Shown here piece after piece: positions 1 to 9,983 of a stretch of 32,000 nt of DNA. The DNA is from Desulfotalea psychrophila LSv54 (GTDB lineage Bacteria; Desulfobacterota; Desulfobulbia; Desulfobulbales; Desulfocapsaceae), in the NCBI RefSeq assembly GCF_000025945.1, contig NC_006138.1:420001-452000 (forward strand), written 5' to 3'. The position numbers were made by a program, and so were the translations under genes. The notes under the pieces were generated by a model, which was not told where the DNA came from, searched no databases, and saw only the letters and a list, made by a program, of their open reading frames with translations. Positions within the stretch are counted from its first letter, which is position 1. Each line of letters opens with the position of its first letter.

Positions 1-600
1 GGAACCTGATCTTTTCTGCGCCCTCGCCTCCAACTGGCCCAAGGCATAGAAATACTCCATAAAGCCCTTAAAATTTGTCCGGCTTTGCAGGGCCCCATGC
101 AGGGCATCAAAACGCCGGCGAGGCTTACAGAGACAGGGTTCAGGCAGGGGAATTTCAAAAACGTCACGCCCCGTGCCAAAGTAGATGAATATCGGTAGCT
201 GGTAATCGGCACCGGCATTTTCTGCCTCTATGAACTGATCAACATATGCATAGAGCTCTTTTACCCCGCGCCCCGGTGGTATTTCTCCTGCCGTTTTTTC
301 TGTCTGATCCCGTCTCTCCGTTCTATCCCAGACAAAACCTGTATCGGTCTCACTGGTAATACGCATATAGGGAGGTCTATGCCCGTCAGAGAAGATATGA
401 AAGTCACTGGCCTTGGGCTCCAGACCTGTCACCCTGGGCAGGCGGGTTAAAAAAACACCCAGAGAGGTGGCAACAGCATCAAGGATAGTTGATTTCCCCT
501 CGCCGTTTTTCGCAACCAGAACAGTCAACTGCTCATCAAAATCAATTTCAAAGTTGGTGAATCGACGATAATTATGGAGTGTCAGTCGTTTTATCTTCAT
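1..600 (-). CDS. ABC/SMC-like P-loop ATPase (COG3950-like), N-terminal 200 codons; the rest lies outside the window
   Basis: Absent from the ORF track because it runs off the window. The reverse complement from ATG (600-598) reads MKIKRLTLHNYRRFTNFEIDFDEQLTVLVAKNGEGKSTILDAVATSLGVFL... and stays open to position 1. Walker A is 'KNGEGKST'. The N-terminus is collinear with the 427-aa ATPase at 12550-13833. Confidence 0.75.
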   Translation of the reverse strand, partial: MKIKRLTLHNYRRFTNFEIDFDEQLTVLVAKNGEGKSTILDAVATSLGVFLTRLPRVTGLEPKASDFHIFSDGHRPPYMRITSETDTGFVWDRTERRDQTEKTAGEIPPGRGVKELYAYVDQFIEAENAGADYQLPIFIYFGTGRDVFEIPLPEPCLCKPRRRFDALHGALQSRTNFKGFMEYFYALGQLEARAQKRSGS

Positions 601-992
601 AGGCTTACCTTTAGAAACATTTCCATATACAAAAAATCCCACCCCTGAATACAGGGTTAAAAAAATTACAGGTCACATTCTCAACAATCGCAAGGAGGAG
701 GACCTTTACTCAAAAAGCGCCCTACTCTCATATCATAGCGAAACCAACACCAGACTTCATCTTTTCGAGCAAATTATTTCCTCAGAGCAACTCCAAACAG
801 AGACCCCATAAGATGAGGCAAGGGAGGGAGACAGATTTACTTCCTCAAAAGAATACTCTTAACCAATATTGTCCAATTGCAACTTCTTCGATATGCTATA
901 AGAAAGAATTAAGGTAAAATGGATAGGTTACAGTTAACATCTAAGAGACTTCAAAAAGAGATCAACAGGACTCACTACAGGGAATAAAAACT

Positions 993-1712
993 ATGCTGAT
1001 TTTTAACTGCACCAGGACAGCCTGTAATTTTTTCACCGTCAGTCAGGGGGGCGTCAAAGTCTCACCGGTAGAACCAGCCCCGCACACAAACTTGGCAGAC
1101 GATGATCTGAAAAACAGTGATGGGACCAAACCTGCTCTGATGCAGTGGCTGATTCATCTGATAAGGGTGCAGGGCAAAAATATTATTCTGGCCATGGAGA
1201 TAAAGAGTCATTATTGCATGATCTTTGCGGGTCTGAAGAAGGGTGATGCCACCACCTTTATTCAACTATTTTATGAACGCCTCTTTAATAATATGCAGTG
1301 GTATGGTGAAAGTATTGGCTTTATGGATGAAACCAGCTTCCAACCAATGGCTACAAATTTCATAAAAGCCCATGACGAGTTCCGTTTTTTTGCCCGCGAC
1401 GATGCCAAAATCCAGAAAAGCATAGATAATGTGGCAAAGGACATTCGCCTCTGGGCCAGTAAGCATGACAGCTCTGGCAATGCGGCGGAACAGGCGGCAG
1501 AGTTTAACCAAAGGGTAAACAGTATCCCCCACAAAGCAGGATCCCAGCAGGGCGCCATCCCCTCTGAAGTAATGTTCATCTACTGGATCGGCCATTTTTG
1601 TAATGCTCAGGAAAAAGAGATAAAAATGGCTCGACAGCGCTTTGAAGTCCTTAAAAAAAGAGAGCTTGAACAGCTCGGACTTCTCCTTCGCAGTAAAAAG
1701 AATGACTCCTGA
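993..1712 (+). CDS. hypothetical protein (no recognised domain)
   Basis: Long ORF with no convincing competing frame; the antisense ORFs are shorter. The first ~50 codons look poorly coding, so the real start may be the internal Met at 1140 (MQWLIHL...). Confidence 0.45.
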   Translation: MLIFNCTRTACNFFTVSQGGVKVSPVEPAPHTNLADDDLKNSDGTKPALMQWLIHLIRVQGKNIILAMEIKSHYCMIFAGLKKGDATTFIQLFYERLFNNMQWYGESIGFMDETSFQPMATNFIKAHDEFRFFARDDAKIQKSIDNVAKDIRLWASKHDSSGNAAEQAAEFNQRVNSIPHKAGSQQGAIPSEVMFIYWIGHFCNAQEKEIKMARQRFEVLKKRELEQLGLLLRSKKNDS

Positions 1713-1758
1713 AGAGATGAGCTCGTGAAGGCAGTCGACTAGCCGAAAGAGGCAAGGA

Positions 1759-2268
1759 TTACAGGGCAGACATCTCTCTCATCGAGCTCAAAAACTGGCT
1801 AAATATCCTCTCCACCGCCACAAGTGAGGAGTTCAGTCGATGATCTCCGCTGATCAGGTGCAGGGAGCAATCTGCCTCCTCGGCAAACTTTATTGAGTGA
1901 GAGGCAGGGATAATATCGTCGGACCAACCATGGACGATTTCAATATGTTGACAATGAGAATTATGAGTCTGTCTCTCATATCCTGACATATAGAGGGCTG
2001 GTGCCAAAAGAAATAGCCCCTTGGCATCTACCCTCTCAGATGCAACCAGGGAAACATAGGCGCCCATGCTTGAGCCCACCAGCAGAAAGGTCTCCTCCTC
2101 AGCCCGCAGGATCTTTACCAATCGCTCAACCCGAGCATCGGCCTCAGGAAGATCCGAATAATCAATACTCTCAACTTGAAGACCCTCTTTACGGGCGATC
2201 AGGGCAAGCCTCTTTATCTTGCTCCCCCAGGGACCACTCTCCTTCCCATGGGCAAAATATACCTTCAT
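1759..2268 (-). CDS. small alpha/beta-hydrolase (YqiA/UPF0227-like esterase)
   Basis: Reads MKVYFAHGKESGPWGSK..., with nucleophile elbow 'GSSMGA' and C-terminal 'IVHGWSDDIIP' and 'GDHRL', the typical Ser-Asp-His order. Start moved to the MKV Met; the longer track ORF adds an implausible Arg/Cys-rich leader. Confidence 0.75.
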   Translation of the reverse strand: MKVYFAHGKESGPWGSKIKRLALIARKEGLQVESIDYSDLPEADARVERLVKILRAEEETFLLVGSSMGAYVSLVASERVDAKGLFLLAPALYMSGYERQTHNSHCQHIEIVHGWSDDIIPASHSIKFAEEADCSLHLISGDHRLNSSLVAVERIFSQFLSSMREMSAL

Positions 2269-2305
2269 TCCTCTCTCCCTTCTTGATTTGGCGAACAAAC
2301 AGACT

Positions 2306-3031
2306 CTACCTCTGAAAGGCACCGTGCTGTAAAAAGTATTTTGTCTGACGAATAACCTCGGTGGCTCTCATTATAAAGGGATGAGAGTGGGGCAAAACCA
2401 AAAAATCAACCATCCCCTCCACCTTAGCGTTTTCTATGGAAACCTTACCATCGTCCTCTCCCGTAATCATAAGAGAAAGAATGAGGTTAACGCTCCTGTT
2501 ACCGGCAATCACCCCTAATTCAAAGCCTACCCTGCCCAATCTCCGGGGAATGCTCGCCGCAGAGGTTCCCAGCTGCTGACCGGCCGGACCATTGAGCCAA
2601 AAGAAGCCGGGCACAGCCTTCATCTTATCCACCACCTCACTCCCCCCATTAGGCGGACTGAGCATGACAACCCGGCCAAGATTTGCAATCTGCCTCTTTG
2701 AGAGATATTGACGAACAAGGATTCCACCCAATGAATGGGTGACAAAGTGAACTTTGCGGGGAGAGTATTCCTGACACTCACTGAGCGCCGCTGAAACAGC
2801 AGCATCGGCCAATTTTTCAATCTTAAATTTCCGCGAGGGGTAATCAAGATTAATAACCCTGTAACCCGAGGACAACAGAGACTCTTCCATGCTGACCATT
2901 GACCTGCTGGTTCTGGCTAAACCATGGAGAAGAATCACACATTCATTATTAATCGGCACCTCCTCCGCCCCAAGCGCAAGGGAGCAGGGGCTGAACAGTA
3001 TAAGGGCAAGCGCGATTCGTTTACGCCACAT
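2306..3031 (-). CDS. secreted alpha/beta-hydrolase (lipase/esterase-like)
   Basis: Signal peptide MWRKRIALALILFSPCSLALGAEE, oxyanion-type 'ILLHGL' and nucleophile elbow 'THSLGG'. Start set at the Met preceding the signal peptide; the alternative at 3073 would overlap terC. Confidence 0.8.
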   Translation of the reverse strand: MWRKRIALALILFSPCSLALGAEEVPINNECVILLHGLARTSRSMVSMEESLLSSGYRVINLDYPSRKFKIEKLADAAVSAALSECQEYSPRKVHFVTHSLGGILVRQYLSKRQIANLGRVVMLSPPNGGSEVVDKMKAVPGFFWLNGPAGQQLGTSAASIPRRLGRVGFELGVIAGNRSVNLILSLMITGEDDGKVSIENAKVEGMVDFLVLPHSHPFIMRATEVIRQTKYFLQHGAFQR

Positions 3032-3053
3032 ACTTATACCTGTGAATAAATTC

Positions 3054-3797
3054 TCATTGTATTTTTTTATCAAGCTGAACCTTTTTAGAATCCTGATTTT
3101 TTCGGATTCTAATATTCAACATCTCAACACCCACCGAAAAGGCCATGGCAAAGTAGATATAGGCCTTGGCCACATGCATATCAAAACCTTCCCCCACCAA
3201 GGTGACCCCTATGAGAATAAGAAAGGAGAGGGCCAACATTTTGATGGTCGGATTCTTATCAATAAACTCGCCAATGGATTTTGCCGCAACCAGCATAACA
3301 GCCACGGAGAGAACAACGGCAATAACCATAATGGAGGTGTGCTGAACAAGGCCGACTGCGGTGATCACCGAATCGAGGGAAAAAATAACATCCAGGATAC
3401 AAATTTGGGCCAGCACCGCCATAAATGTGCTTGTCGCCAGGACAGGCCCCTCCCTCTCTGCTACCTCCAAACTGCTGTGTATCTCCAGGGTAGATTTACC
3501 GAGAAGAAAGAGGCCACCGACAATGAGAATAATATCTCTACCGGAAAAATCATTACCCGCCAGGGAAAACCAGGGCTCTACCAAACTCATTACCCAAACA
3601 ATAGAGAAGAGAAGGAGAAGCCTGGAGGCCATTGCCAGAAGGATACCCAACCGACGAGCCCTGTTTCTCTCCGATTCCGGCAGACGAGCCACCAAGATCG
3701 AAATAAAAATGATATTATCAATACCAAGAACAATTTCTAAGGCGACCAGGGTTACCAGCGCTATCCACCCCTGTGGAAGCACTATCCATTCAAACAT
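3054..3797 (-). CDS. TerC-family integral membrane protein
   Basis: Polytopic membrane protein with the TerC-type N-terminus 'ALEIVLGIDNIIFISIL' and a repeated 'SLDSVITAVG' half. Confidence 0.85.
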   Translation of the reverse strand: MFEWIVLPQGWIALVTLVALEIVLGIDNIIFISILVARLPESERNRARRLGILLAMASRLLLLFSIVWVMSLVEPWFSLAGNDFSGRDIILIVGGLFLLGKSTLEIHSSLEVAEREGPVLATSTFMAVLAQICILDVIFSLDSVITAVGLVQHTSIMVIAVVLSVAVMLVAAKSIGEFIDKNPTIKMLALSFLILIGVTLVGEGFDMHVAKAYIYFAMAFSVGVEMLNIRIRKNQDSKKVQLDKKIQ

Positions 3798-4099
3798 ATA
3801 TCTCTCCTCTGCAGTATAAGCCTGATAAGTATAAAATCGGTTGCGCCAATAATCCTATCTCATAAATATTTTTTCCCGCCAAGCCCTCTGCCACAGCTAA
3901 GATAGCATGCTATGGCTAAAACAAAACTTCCCTTCACCTCTCGATACAAAGCATCCTCTTCCTCCAGAGAAGAAAAGGCAAGGCCTATTTGACATTCACT
4001 ATTTCATAATCGTAGAGTGGAGTTACGCTCCTATCTTTATCATTTTTTAGCCAATGTACCATATCATATTTTGAACAGAATATTCTGCTCGCGCTCTTA

Positions 4100-6166
4100 A
4101 TGGAGGCCAATTTGCGCAAAATAAACGCATCACCCTTCAGGGCAAAATTTATCGAAGCAATAGCACTGATAATCTCCAGTCTAGCATATGTTTTAATAAT
4201 TTCCTGGACACTTAATCTCCGCATAATCCAACCGGCATTCCAACAGTTAGAAAAAAGACAAGGGCTAGAGGACATCGGCCGAGTTCGCGCCACCATCAAA
4301 AATGAATTCCCCAGCCTTACCCTCCTTACCCAAGATTGGGGCGACTGGGATGAGACCTACAAATTTAGCCAAAACCACAATCAAGAGTACCTTGAGGCGA
4401 ATGTTCCCTCATTAACAACCCTCTCCAAATCAACCAAGATCGACTTCCTGGCGCTCTACGACCTGAACGCCATAGAACTCTTCAAAGGAGCTTATCATCC
4501 GGATATGGAACGTGAGGTTAACCTTCATAGCACTCCTTCCATAAGATCCCTGGTTGCATCGGTGCTTAAAACGAATAGAGAGAAAAAGGGCCTCTTTAAA
4601 ACAGATGAGGGCTTACTGGCCTTAGTGGCCAGGCCGATACTCACATCGGAGGGAAGGGGGCCCAGCCACGGCGTTATCATCATGGGACGATTTCTCTCCC
4701 AGCTTCTGCTCAGCTCCGTTGGAAAAAAATGCCCTATTCCCTTCGAGCTATTTATTCAGGATGACAAGAGGTTATCAGCCCCGGAAAAGGCACTATTCGC
4801 CAAGCTCTCCGCAACAGCACCAAGGTTCACCCCGGTATTCCATCAGGGCTTTGTCTATCAGACCTACCCGGACATCGAAGAGGAGGCGGTATTACTCTTA
4901 CGTACGCCCCTGCGTGACCATATCACCTCACTTGGCCGACAAACTGGCTATATTCTTCTGGCAACGCTTGGATCCATTGCCCTGGCATTATTAACTTTCC
5001 TGGCAGGATACAGAATGCAGCAAAAAATATCGGTACAGGAATTACAAGAAAGTGAAATACGATACAGGACCTTATTTGAAAATAAGCATACCATTATGCT
5101 CCTCGTCGACCCTGAGAGCAGGGCTATCACAGATGCCAATCCTGCCGCCTGCAACTATTATGGCTTTAACCATAAGAAGATGCTTAAGCTGAAGATTGAT
5201 CAGATTAATGCCGTACCGACCGAGGACACCTGGGCCAGAATAGACCTTATTCGCCTCGGGAAACAAAAACACTTTATCACCAGACATAGCCAAGCTGACG
5301 GCACGATCCGTGATGTAGAGATCTATTGCGAACCCATAAGCCTCAATGGCAGGGCTCTGCTCTTTTCAATTGTCCATGATATCACCACACGTCTCCAGGC
5401 CGAGGTTGAACTGGCCCAACTGGAGGCACAAAGCCGACAGCTACACAAGAGTGAAGGCCTGAGCAGGATGGCCGGTGCTGTCGCCCACCTCTTTAATAAC
5501 CAGCTCACCGTTGTCCTAGGCAACCTGGAAATGGTTATAGATGAAGAGGCAGAGGGCAGATCACGGGAGATGCTCATTATGGCAAAACAGGCAGCGCGCA
5601 GAGTTTCAGAGACAAGCGGCATGATGCTCACCTATCTCGGCCAACATTCAGAGACCCTGGAACCCTGTCCGCTCTCCGATATCTGTCAGCACTATCTGAC
5701 AGAGCTTCAGGCCAATACCCCTAGCAATATTGCCATCCGGACAGATCTTATTTTTCCCAGTCCGCTCATCCATGGCAATGCCAAACAGCTCAAACAGGTT
5801 CTGTCCTACCTCACAACCAATAGCGCGGAGGCAATTGCCGAGGATTGGGGTGAAATTTCCCTGACAACATCCATTGTTGAGACTAGCGACATTCCTCAGG
5901 AATATCTTATACCAAGAGATATAACATTCACCTCAGGCACCCTGGCCTGTCTGCAAATCAGGGATACGGGCTGCGGAATGACAAAGAAGTCTCTGGAGAG
6001 AATATTCGACCCCTTCTTCACCACCCAGTTCCCCGGCAGGGGCTTAGGTCTTCCCGTCGTCCTCGGTATCATTCGCTCATGGGGCGGTTGGATCGGAGTG
6101 GAGAGCAAGCACAATCAGGGAAGCACCTTCCGCCTCTACCTGCCTCTGAGCAAAGGGAAGGAATGA
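4100..6166 (+). CDS. sensor histidine kinase (CHASE4-like periplasmic domain, PAS, HisKA, HATPase_c)
   Basis: An N-terminal TM segment is followed by 'DWGDWDETYKF', a CHASE4-like signature. There is a second TM, a PAS domain ('SEIRYRTLFEN...VDPESRAITDANPAACNYYG'), an H-box 'AVAHLFNNQLTVVLG', and G-boxes 'DTGCGM' and 'GRGLGLPVV'. Confidence 0.9.
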   Translation: MEANLRKINASPFRAKFIEAIALIISSLAYVLIISWTLNLRIIQPAFQQLEKRQGLEDIGRVRATIKNEFPSLTLLTQDWGDWDETYKFSQNHNQEYLEANVPSLTTLSKSTKIDFLALYDLNAIELFKGAYHPDMEREVNLHSTPSIRSLVASVLKTNREKKGLFKTDEGLLALVARPILTSEGRGPSHGVIIMGRFLSQLLLSSVGKKCPIPFELFIQDDKRLSAPEKALFAKLSATAPRFTPVFHQGFVYQTYPDIEEEAVLLLRTPLRDHITSLGRQTGYILLATLGSIALALLTFLAGYRMQQKISVQELQESEIRYRTLFENKHTIMLLVDPESRAITDANPAACNYYGFNHKKMLKLKIDQINAVPTEDTWARIDLIRLGKQKHFITRHSQADGTIRDVEIYCEPISLNGRALLFSIVHDITTRLQAEVELAQLEAQSRQLHKSEGLSRMAGAVAHLFNNQLTVVLGNLEMVIDEEAEGRSREMLIMAKQAARRVSETSGMMLTYLGQHSETLEPCPLSDICQHYLTELQANTPSNIAIRTDLIFPSPLIHGNAKQLKQVLSYLTTNSAEAIAEDWGEISLTTSIVETSDIPQEYLIPRDITFTSGTLACLQIRDTGCGMTKKSLERIFDPFFTTQFPGRGLGLPVVLGIIRSWGGWIGVESKHNQGSTFRLYLPLSKGKE

Positions 6167-6189
6167 TTTATTGAGAGCGCCAAAAAAGC

Positions 6190-7476
6190 TTACCTCTCTT
6201 CAAGGGGGACAAAGGATCTCTCCTGCCTCCCCGTATAGACCTGACGTGGCCGGGTAATACGGAGGTTCTGGTCATGCAGTTCCCGCCAATTTGCTATCCA
6301 GCCGGGCATTCTACCAATGGCAAACATCACCGTGTACATCTCCGGAGGAATTCCTATTGCCCTGAGAAGAATGCCGCTATAGAAATCGACATTAGGGTAG
6401 AGTTTACGACTGATAAAGTACTCATCTTTCAGGGTTTTCTCCTCAAGCTCCAGGGCAATATCAAGCAGAGGATCGGATTTGTGCAGCTCTGCAAGTACCT
6501 CATAAACCCTCTTCTTGAGGATGCTGGCCCGGGGATCAAAATTTTTATAGACCCGATGGCCAAAGCCCATCAGTTTGTAATCGTTACTTTTATCCTTTGC
6601 CCTGTTGATATAATAGTCAATCTTCCGGCCCGAGGCCATAATCTCTTCCAGCATCTCTATCACGGCTGCATTGGCACCACCATGCAGGGGTCCCCAAAGG
6701 GCACATACCCCTGAGGCGACGGAACTAAACAGGTTCGCCCTGGAACTGGCCACTGTTCTCACCGTTGAGGTCGAGCAGTTCTGCTCATGATCGGCATGGA
6801 GTATCAGGAAAAGTGCCAAAGCCCTTTCGACAGCTGGACTGGGGATATATTCTTGAAAGGGCTCGGAAAACATCATATGCAGAAAATTTGCACAGTAAGT
6901 GAGATGGGGGTTTGGCTGATTAAAGGGTTTGCCGACAGACATCCGATAGGACCAGGCTGCTATGGTTCGAACCTTGGACAGGAGGAGGGCGGCAGTTCGA
7001 TCAAAGCCATGCCCCTCTGAGTGTACCTCCAGAACACCGGGGTGGAAACAGGAGACCAGGTTAAGCATTGCCGAGAGAATCGCCATGGGAGGCGACGATT
7101 CGGGAAATCCGGAAAAGTAGTGATAGAGGCTTGTGTGCAGTGGCGCATGTTCTGCCAGGGCCCTGCGAAACCTGTTCAGGGTTTCTGCATCGGGAAGTTC
7201 ACCATAGATAATCAGCGAGCATGTCTCCACAAAACTTGCCCTCTCCGCTATCTGCTCAATAGGGTAGCCACGATAACGCAGGATTCCTCTCTCACCATCA
7301 ACATATGTGATATCAGAGAAGCAGGCACCAGTACTGCCAAAGCCTGGATCCATGGTGATATAGCCCGATTTAGCACGTAACGATTGAATATCAATACACC
7401 TCTCATCCTCCGTTCCACTGGTAACATCAAGTTCATAACTTGCACCGCCAACAGTCAGGGTTGCTTTTTCACTCAT
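6190..7476 (-). CDS. gltA: citrate synthase (type II)
   Basis: 428 aa containing 'GPLHGGAN', 'GFGHRVYKNFDPRA' and 'LYPNVDFYSG', the catalytic His/His/Asp neighbourhoods of citrate synthases. Confidence 0.95.
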   Translation of the reverse strand: MSEKATLTVGGASYELDVTSGTEDERCIDIQSLRAKSGYITMDPGFGSTGACFSDITYVDGERGILRYRGYPIEQIAERASFVETCSLIIYGELPDAETLNRFRRALAEHAPLHTSLYHYFSGFPESSPPMAILSAMLNLVSCFHPGVLEVHSEGHGFDRTAALLLSKVRTIAAWSYRMSVGKPFNQPNPHLTYCANFLHMMFSEPFQEYIPSPAVERALALFLILHADHEQNCSTSTVRTVASSRANLFSSVASGVCALWGPLHGGANAAVIEMLEEIMASGRKIDYYINRAKDKSNDYKLMGFGHRVYKNFDPRASILKKRVYEVLAELHKSDPLLDIALELEEKTLKDEYFISRKLYPNVDFYSGILLRAIGIPPEMYTVMFAIGRMPGWIANWRELHDQNLRITRPRQVYTGRQERSFVPLEER

Positions 7477-7706
7477 ATTTTCCTCCGTTAAAGACGCTGC
7501 CCTGCAGCAATCTTAGGTTTGCCCCGCTATTCCTCTATTGAAGTGGCCTGAAAACAAGCAGAAACAGCATTTTGAGTAAAAAAAGCTGTTCCATACATTG
7601 TAGGTCAGTTATAAGATATTGTGTATGTAAATATTTTCCCTGACTCGTGATCGATCTGTATTTATCATGTTAATATGGCAATAAAAGGTAAAGAGGAGAG
7701 AAGAAC

Positions 7707-7958
7707 ATGTTTATGACTGCCACCAGAATCAAAAGAGAAGGCAAACCTTTGTTAAAACTCAACATCCATGAATATAACAAAGACGACATTCCATTCTTAG
7801 ACAGCCTTGGCATTGACCAACTTGAAGGCGACTCGACAGAATGGAGATATATCCATATCCACAGCCAAAAAGATTTTCTCAGTACCCGTTCTGCAATCCT
7901 TGAGAGATACAGGATTCTGAAAGAAACAGGTCCAAGGGTCTTTCTGGAAGCGAAGTAG
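7707..7958 (+). CDS. small hypothetical protein (83 aa)
   Basis: Strong SD (GAGGAGAG) about 7 nt upstream of the ATG and no overlapping ORF. No domain recognised. Confidence 0.5.
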   Translation: MFMTATRIKREGKPLLKLNIHEYNKDDIPFLDSLGIDQLEGDSTEWRYIHIHSQKDFLSTRSAILERYRILKETGPRVFLEAK

Positions 7959-8059
7959 ACAAAATGCCTCGCCCTTTTTTTATCTTGGTATTGCTCTTCA
8001 TCTGTAGTAGTTCATAGCCAATCCAAGCCGCCATTTTCAATAATCAACCAGGTGATGCA

Positions 8060-8590
8060 GTGCAGGAATTACAATATTTACAGGGATATCCAGACCATAT
8101 CACAGAGCAGGTCCAGCGCCTGATAGCAGAACAGAAATTAGATAAGCTCCTGCTGAAGAAATATCCAAAGCCGCATGAGATTCGGACAGACAAGGCTCTC
8201 TACCGCTATGTGATGGCAATAAAGAATAGTTCCATTCAGCAATCACAGCCCCTGAGCAAGATACTCTTTGACGCAAAAATCAAGATGCAACACCAGGCCC
8301 TGGGGGTGCATAAATTTATCTCACGGGTGCAGGGTGGTAAGCTCAAGGCTAAAAATGAGATCCGCATCGCCTCCACCTTCAGGAATACCCCGGAACCCCT
8401 TCTCCGCATGATTGTCGTCCATGAACTGGCCCATCTTAAAGAGAAAGAGCACAACAAGGCATTTTTCCAACTCTGCAAACATATAGAGCCTGAATACCAT
8501 CAGCTCGAATTTGATATGCGCCTCTACCTGACCCAGGTCGATCTGGCCGGCCCCTTATATAAAAAGGAAGCACCCGCCAGCCCCATATGA
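8060..8590 (+). CDS. YgjP-like (DUF45 / M48-type) zinc metallohydrolase
   Basis: Carries 'VVHELAHLKEKEHNKAFF', which is HExxH followed by the conserved H of the YgjP/SprT-like family. GTG start. Confidence 0.8.
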   Translation: MQELQYLQGYPDHITEQVQRLIAEQKLDKLLLKKYPKPHEIRTDKALYRYVMAIKNSSIQQSQPLSKILFDAKIKMQHQALGVHKFISRVQGGKLKAKNEIRIASTFRNTPEPLLRMIVVHELAHLKEKEHNKAFFQLCKHIEPEYHQLEFDMRLYLTQVDLAGPLYKKEAPASPI

Positions 8591-8732
8591 ATTTCCCTGC
8601 TCTTGCTGAAAAGGGCCCTCTCAGTAAACGGGAAAACGTCCTGGCCTCGTCAGCAGAAACGACGGGCGGTGGGATTTGCAGGCTTTTCCAGATAAGTCAA
8701 GGCGCCGAGCCAACATCTAAAAATGAAATGAA

Positions 8733-9155
8733 ATGAAATTTATTTTCTCGATCGTTCTGGTACTTTTTCTAGCAATTGCAGGACTGGGCATATACAAATT
8801 CAACCTGCTTGAAGACGATATCTATATGTCCGCTGATGCAGTCAGGCACGAGGATATGATCGGAGGATGGGTTCGACCGATAGAAAGCATGCCCGGCGAA
8901 GTCGAAGGTTTTGAACTACGTCCCAATGGAGTTGCCGTTTCAATCAATATGGCCACTCTGCCCTACACCTCGTGGCAACTGCTGACAGGAAAGTTGATCC
9001 TCAAGGGTAGATCAGTGGGCAACGGTACTAGTTCTGTAATAACAGAGACTTACACCATCAACAGCGTGGGAAAAGCAAACATGTCTGTCATCGATGAACA
9101 GGGTCGAGATATCGTATTTGACCATCAGCCCCTCAAAGAGCCCAACAACCAATAA
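8733..9155 (+). CDS. membrane-anchored or exported hypothetical protein
   Basis: N-terminal hydrophobic anchor MKFIFSIVLVLFLAIAGLGIY followed by a small beta-rich domain. Confidence 0.6.
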   Translation: MKFIFSIVLVLFLAIAGLGIYKFNLLEDDIYMSADAVRHEDMIGGWVRPIESMPGEVEGFELRPNGVAVSINMATLPYTSWQLLTGKLILKGRSVGNGTSSVITETYTINSVGKANMSVIDEQGRDIVFDHQPLKEPNNQ

Positions 9156-9179
9156 ATCATTTGCCCAACCGGAGCTTAC

Positions 9180-9950
9180 ATGACACCTAATAATTTCATT
9201 GTACATCTCGTGCAAGGAGGAAGCGCCGGGGGGTGCCTACGTCTTGCCTGCAAGTCATTTGGTTTACCCGGCAGCGTTCATCTCATCCAGGATGATTTCA
9301 GTCATGGTCCCTTAAAAAATGGCCCTGCCCGTGAAAAATATCTACGTGATTGCTCCCGCGGATATGCAGATGAGGAGGAGGATGAGATTAATACCTTAGC
9401 CCCCTGGCTCTCACTCAGTGAAATATTGGACAAGGGGTCCATTAAGCAGGTATGTATCTGGGCTGGTGAAAACGCTGCCGAGAAAACGTTTTTAGAAATG
9501 GCATGCTGGTATCTTCGTAACTACGCTGGAACCATAATGCGGGTAGGGGCTACGGGATTGGAGCAGCTTCCCTATATTGCTCCCCAGAACCCGGAAACCC
9601 TGGTCAGACTATTTGCACAAGGTCAAATTTTAGAGAGGGCCGATCGCACCGTACTTGTTGAGAGTTTCATTCAGACAAGAGATGAGGAGAGCACCCTGAG
9701 GAGATGGGAAGCTGGAGAGATCATTTCAGTACCGGTAGATTACTATGACAGCCTGCTGATGGAGCGATGCTCCAGCCAATGGACATGGGCGGCCAAAATT
9801 GTCGGTGAGGCAATGGGGCGATGTGATGCTCACAATCTGCTCGGCGATGTCTTCCTGACGAGCCGGCTTCAATATCTGATCGACCAGGGCATGCTACAGT
9901 ATAAGGGCGAACGGAAAAGCCTCCGAGACTATTGGCTCCGCTTGACCTAA
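9180..9950 (+). CDS. DUF1835/DUF3658-like protein
   Basis: The N-terminal 'IVHLVQGGSAGGCLR' matches the remembered DUF1835 pattern (h-I-x-x-G-x-S-a-a-G-x-L). The C-terminal 'GDVFLTSRLQYLIDQGML' resembles the DUF3658 tail. Recalled from memory, not searched. Confidence 0.6.
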   Translation: MTPNNFIVHLVQGGSAGGCLRLACKSFGLPGSVHLIQDDFSHGPLKNGPAREKYLRDCSRGYADEEEDEINTLAPWLSLSEILDKGSIKQVCIWAGENAAEKTFLEMACWYLRNYAGTIMRVGATGLEQLPYIAPQNPETLVRLFAQGQILERADRTVLVESFIQTRDEESTLRRWEAGEIISVPVDYYDSLLMERCSSQWTWAAKIVGEAMGRCDAHNLLGDVFLTSRLQYLIDQGMLQYKGERKSLRDYWLRLT

Positions 9951-9983
9951 TAAAATACCTTGCCAGGTTTTTTTGCTATTTAC

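Noticed and set aside
1062-1595. Minus-strand ORFs (67, 109 and 102 aa) opposite the 239-aa ORF
   Set aside because: They are shorter, mutually overlapping and without starts linked to an SD. The plus-strand frame is the better, though still unannotated, candidate.
2889-3819. Plus-strand ORFs of 283 aa and 152 aa
   Set aside because: They are antisense to the well-supported TerC and hydrolase genes. Composition is low-complexity (His/Asn/Arg/Lys-rich) and there are no motifs.
3798-3984. Possible yybP-ykoY (Mn) riboswitch in the leader of the TerC-family gene
   Set aside because: I read the minus-strand leader and could not find the conserved core elements or a convincing four-way junction. 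The association is known, but the sequence gives no support by eye. A covariance-model scan would be needed.
6274-7451. Several ORFs overlapping citrate synthase: 146, 77 and 119 aa on the plus strand, 62 and 67 aa on the minus strand
   Set aside because: All are antisense or out-of-frame shadows of a highly conserved gene.
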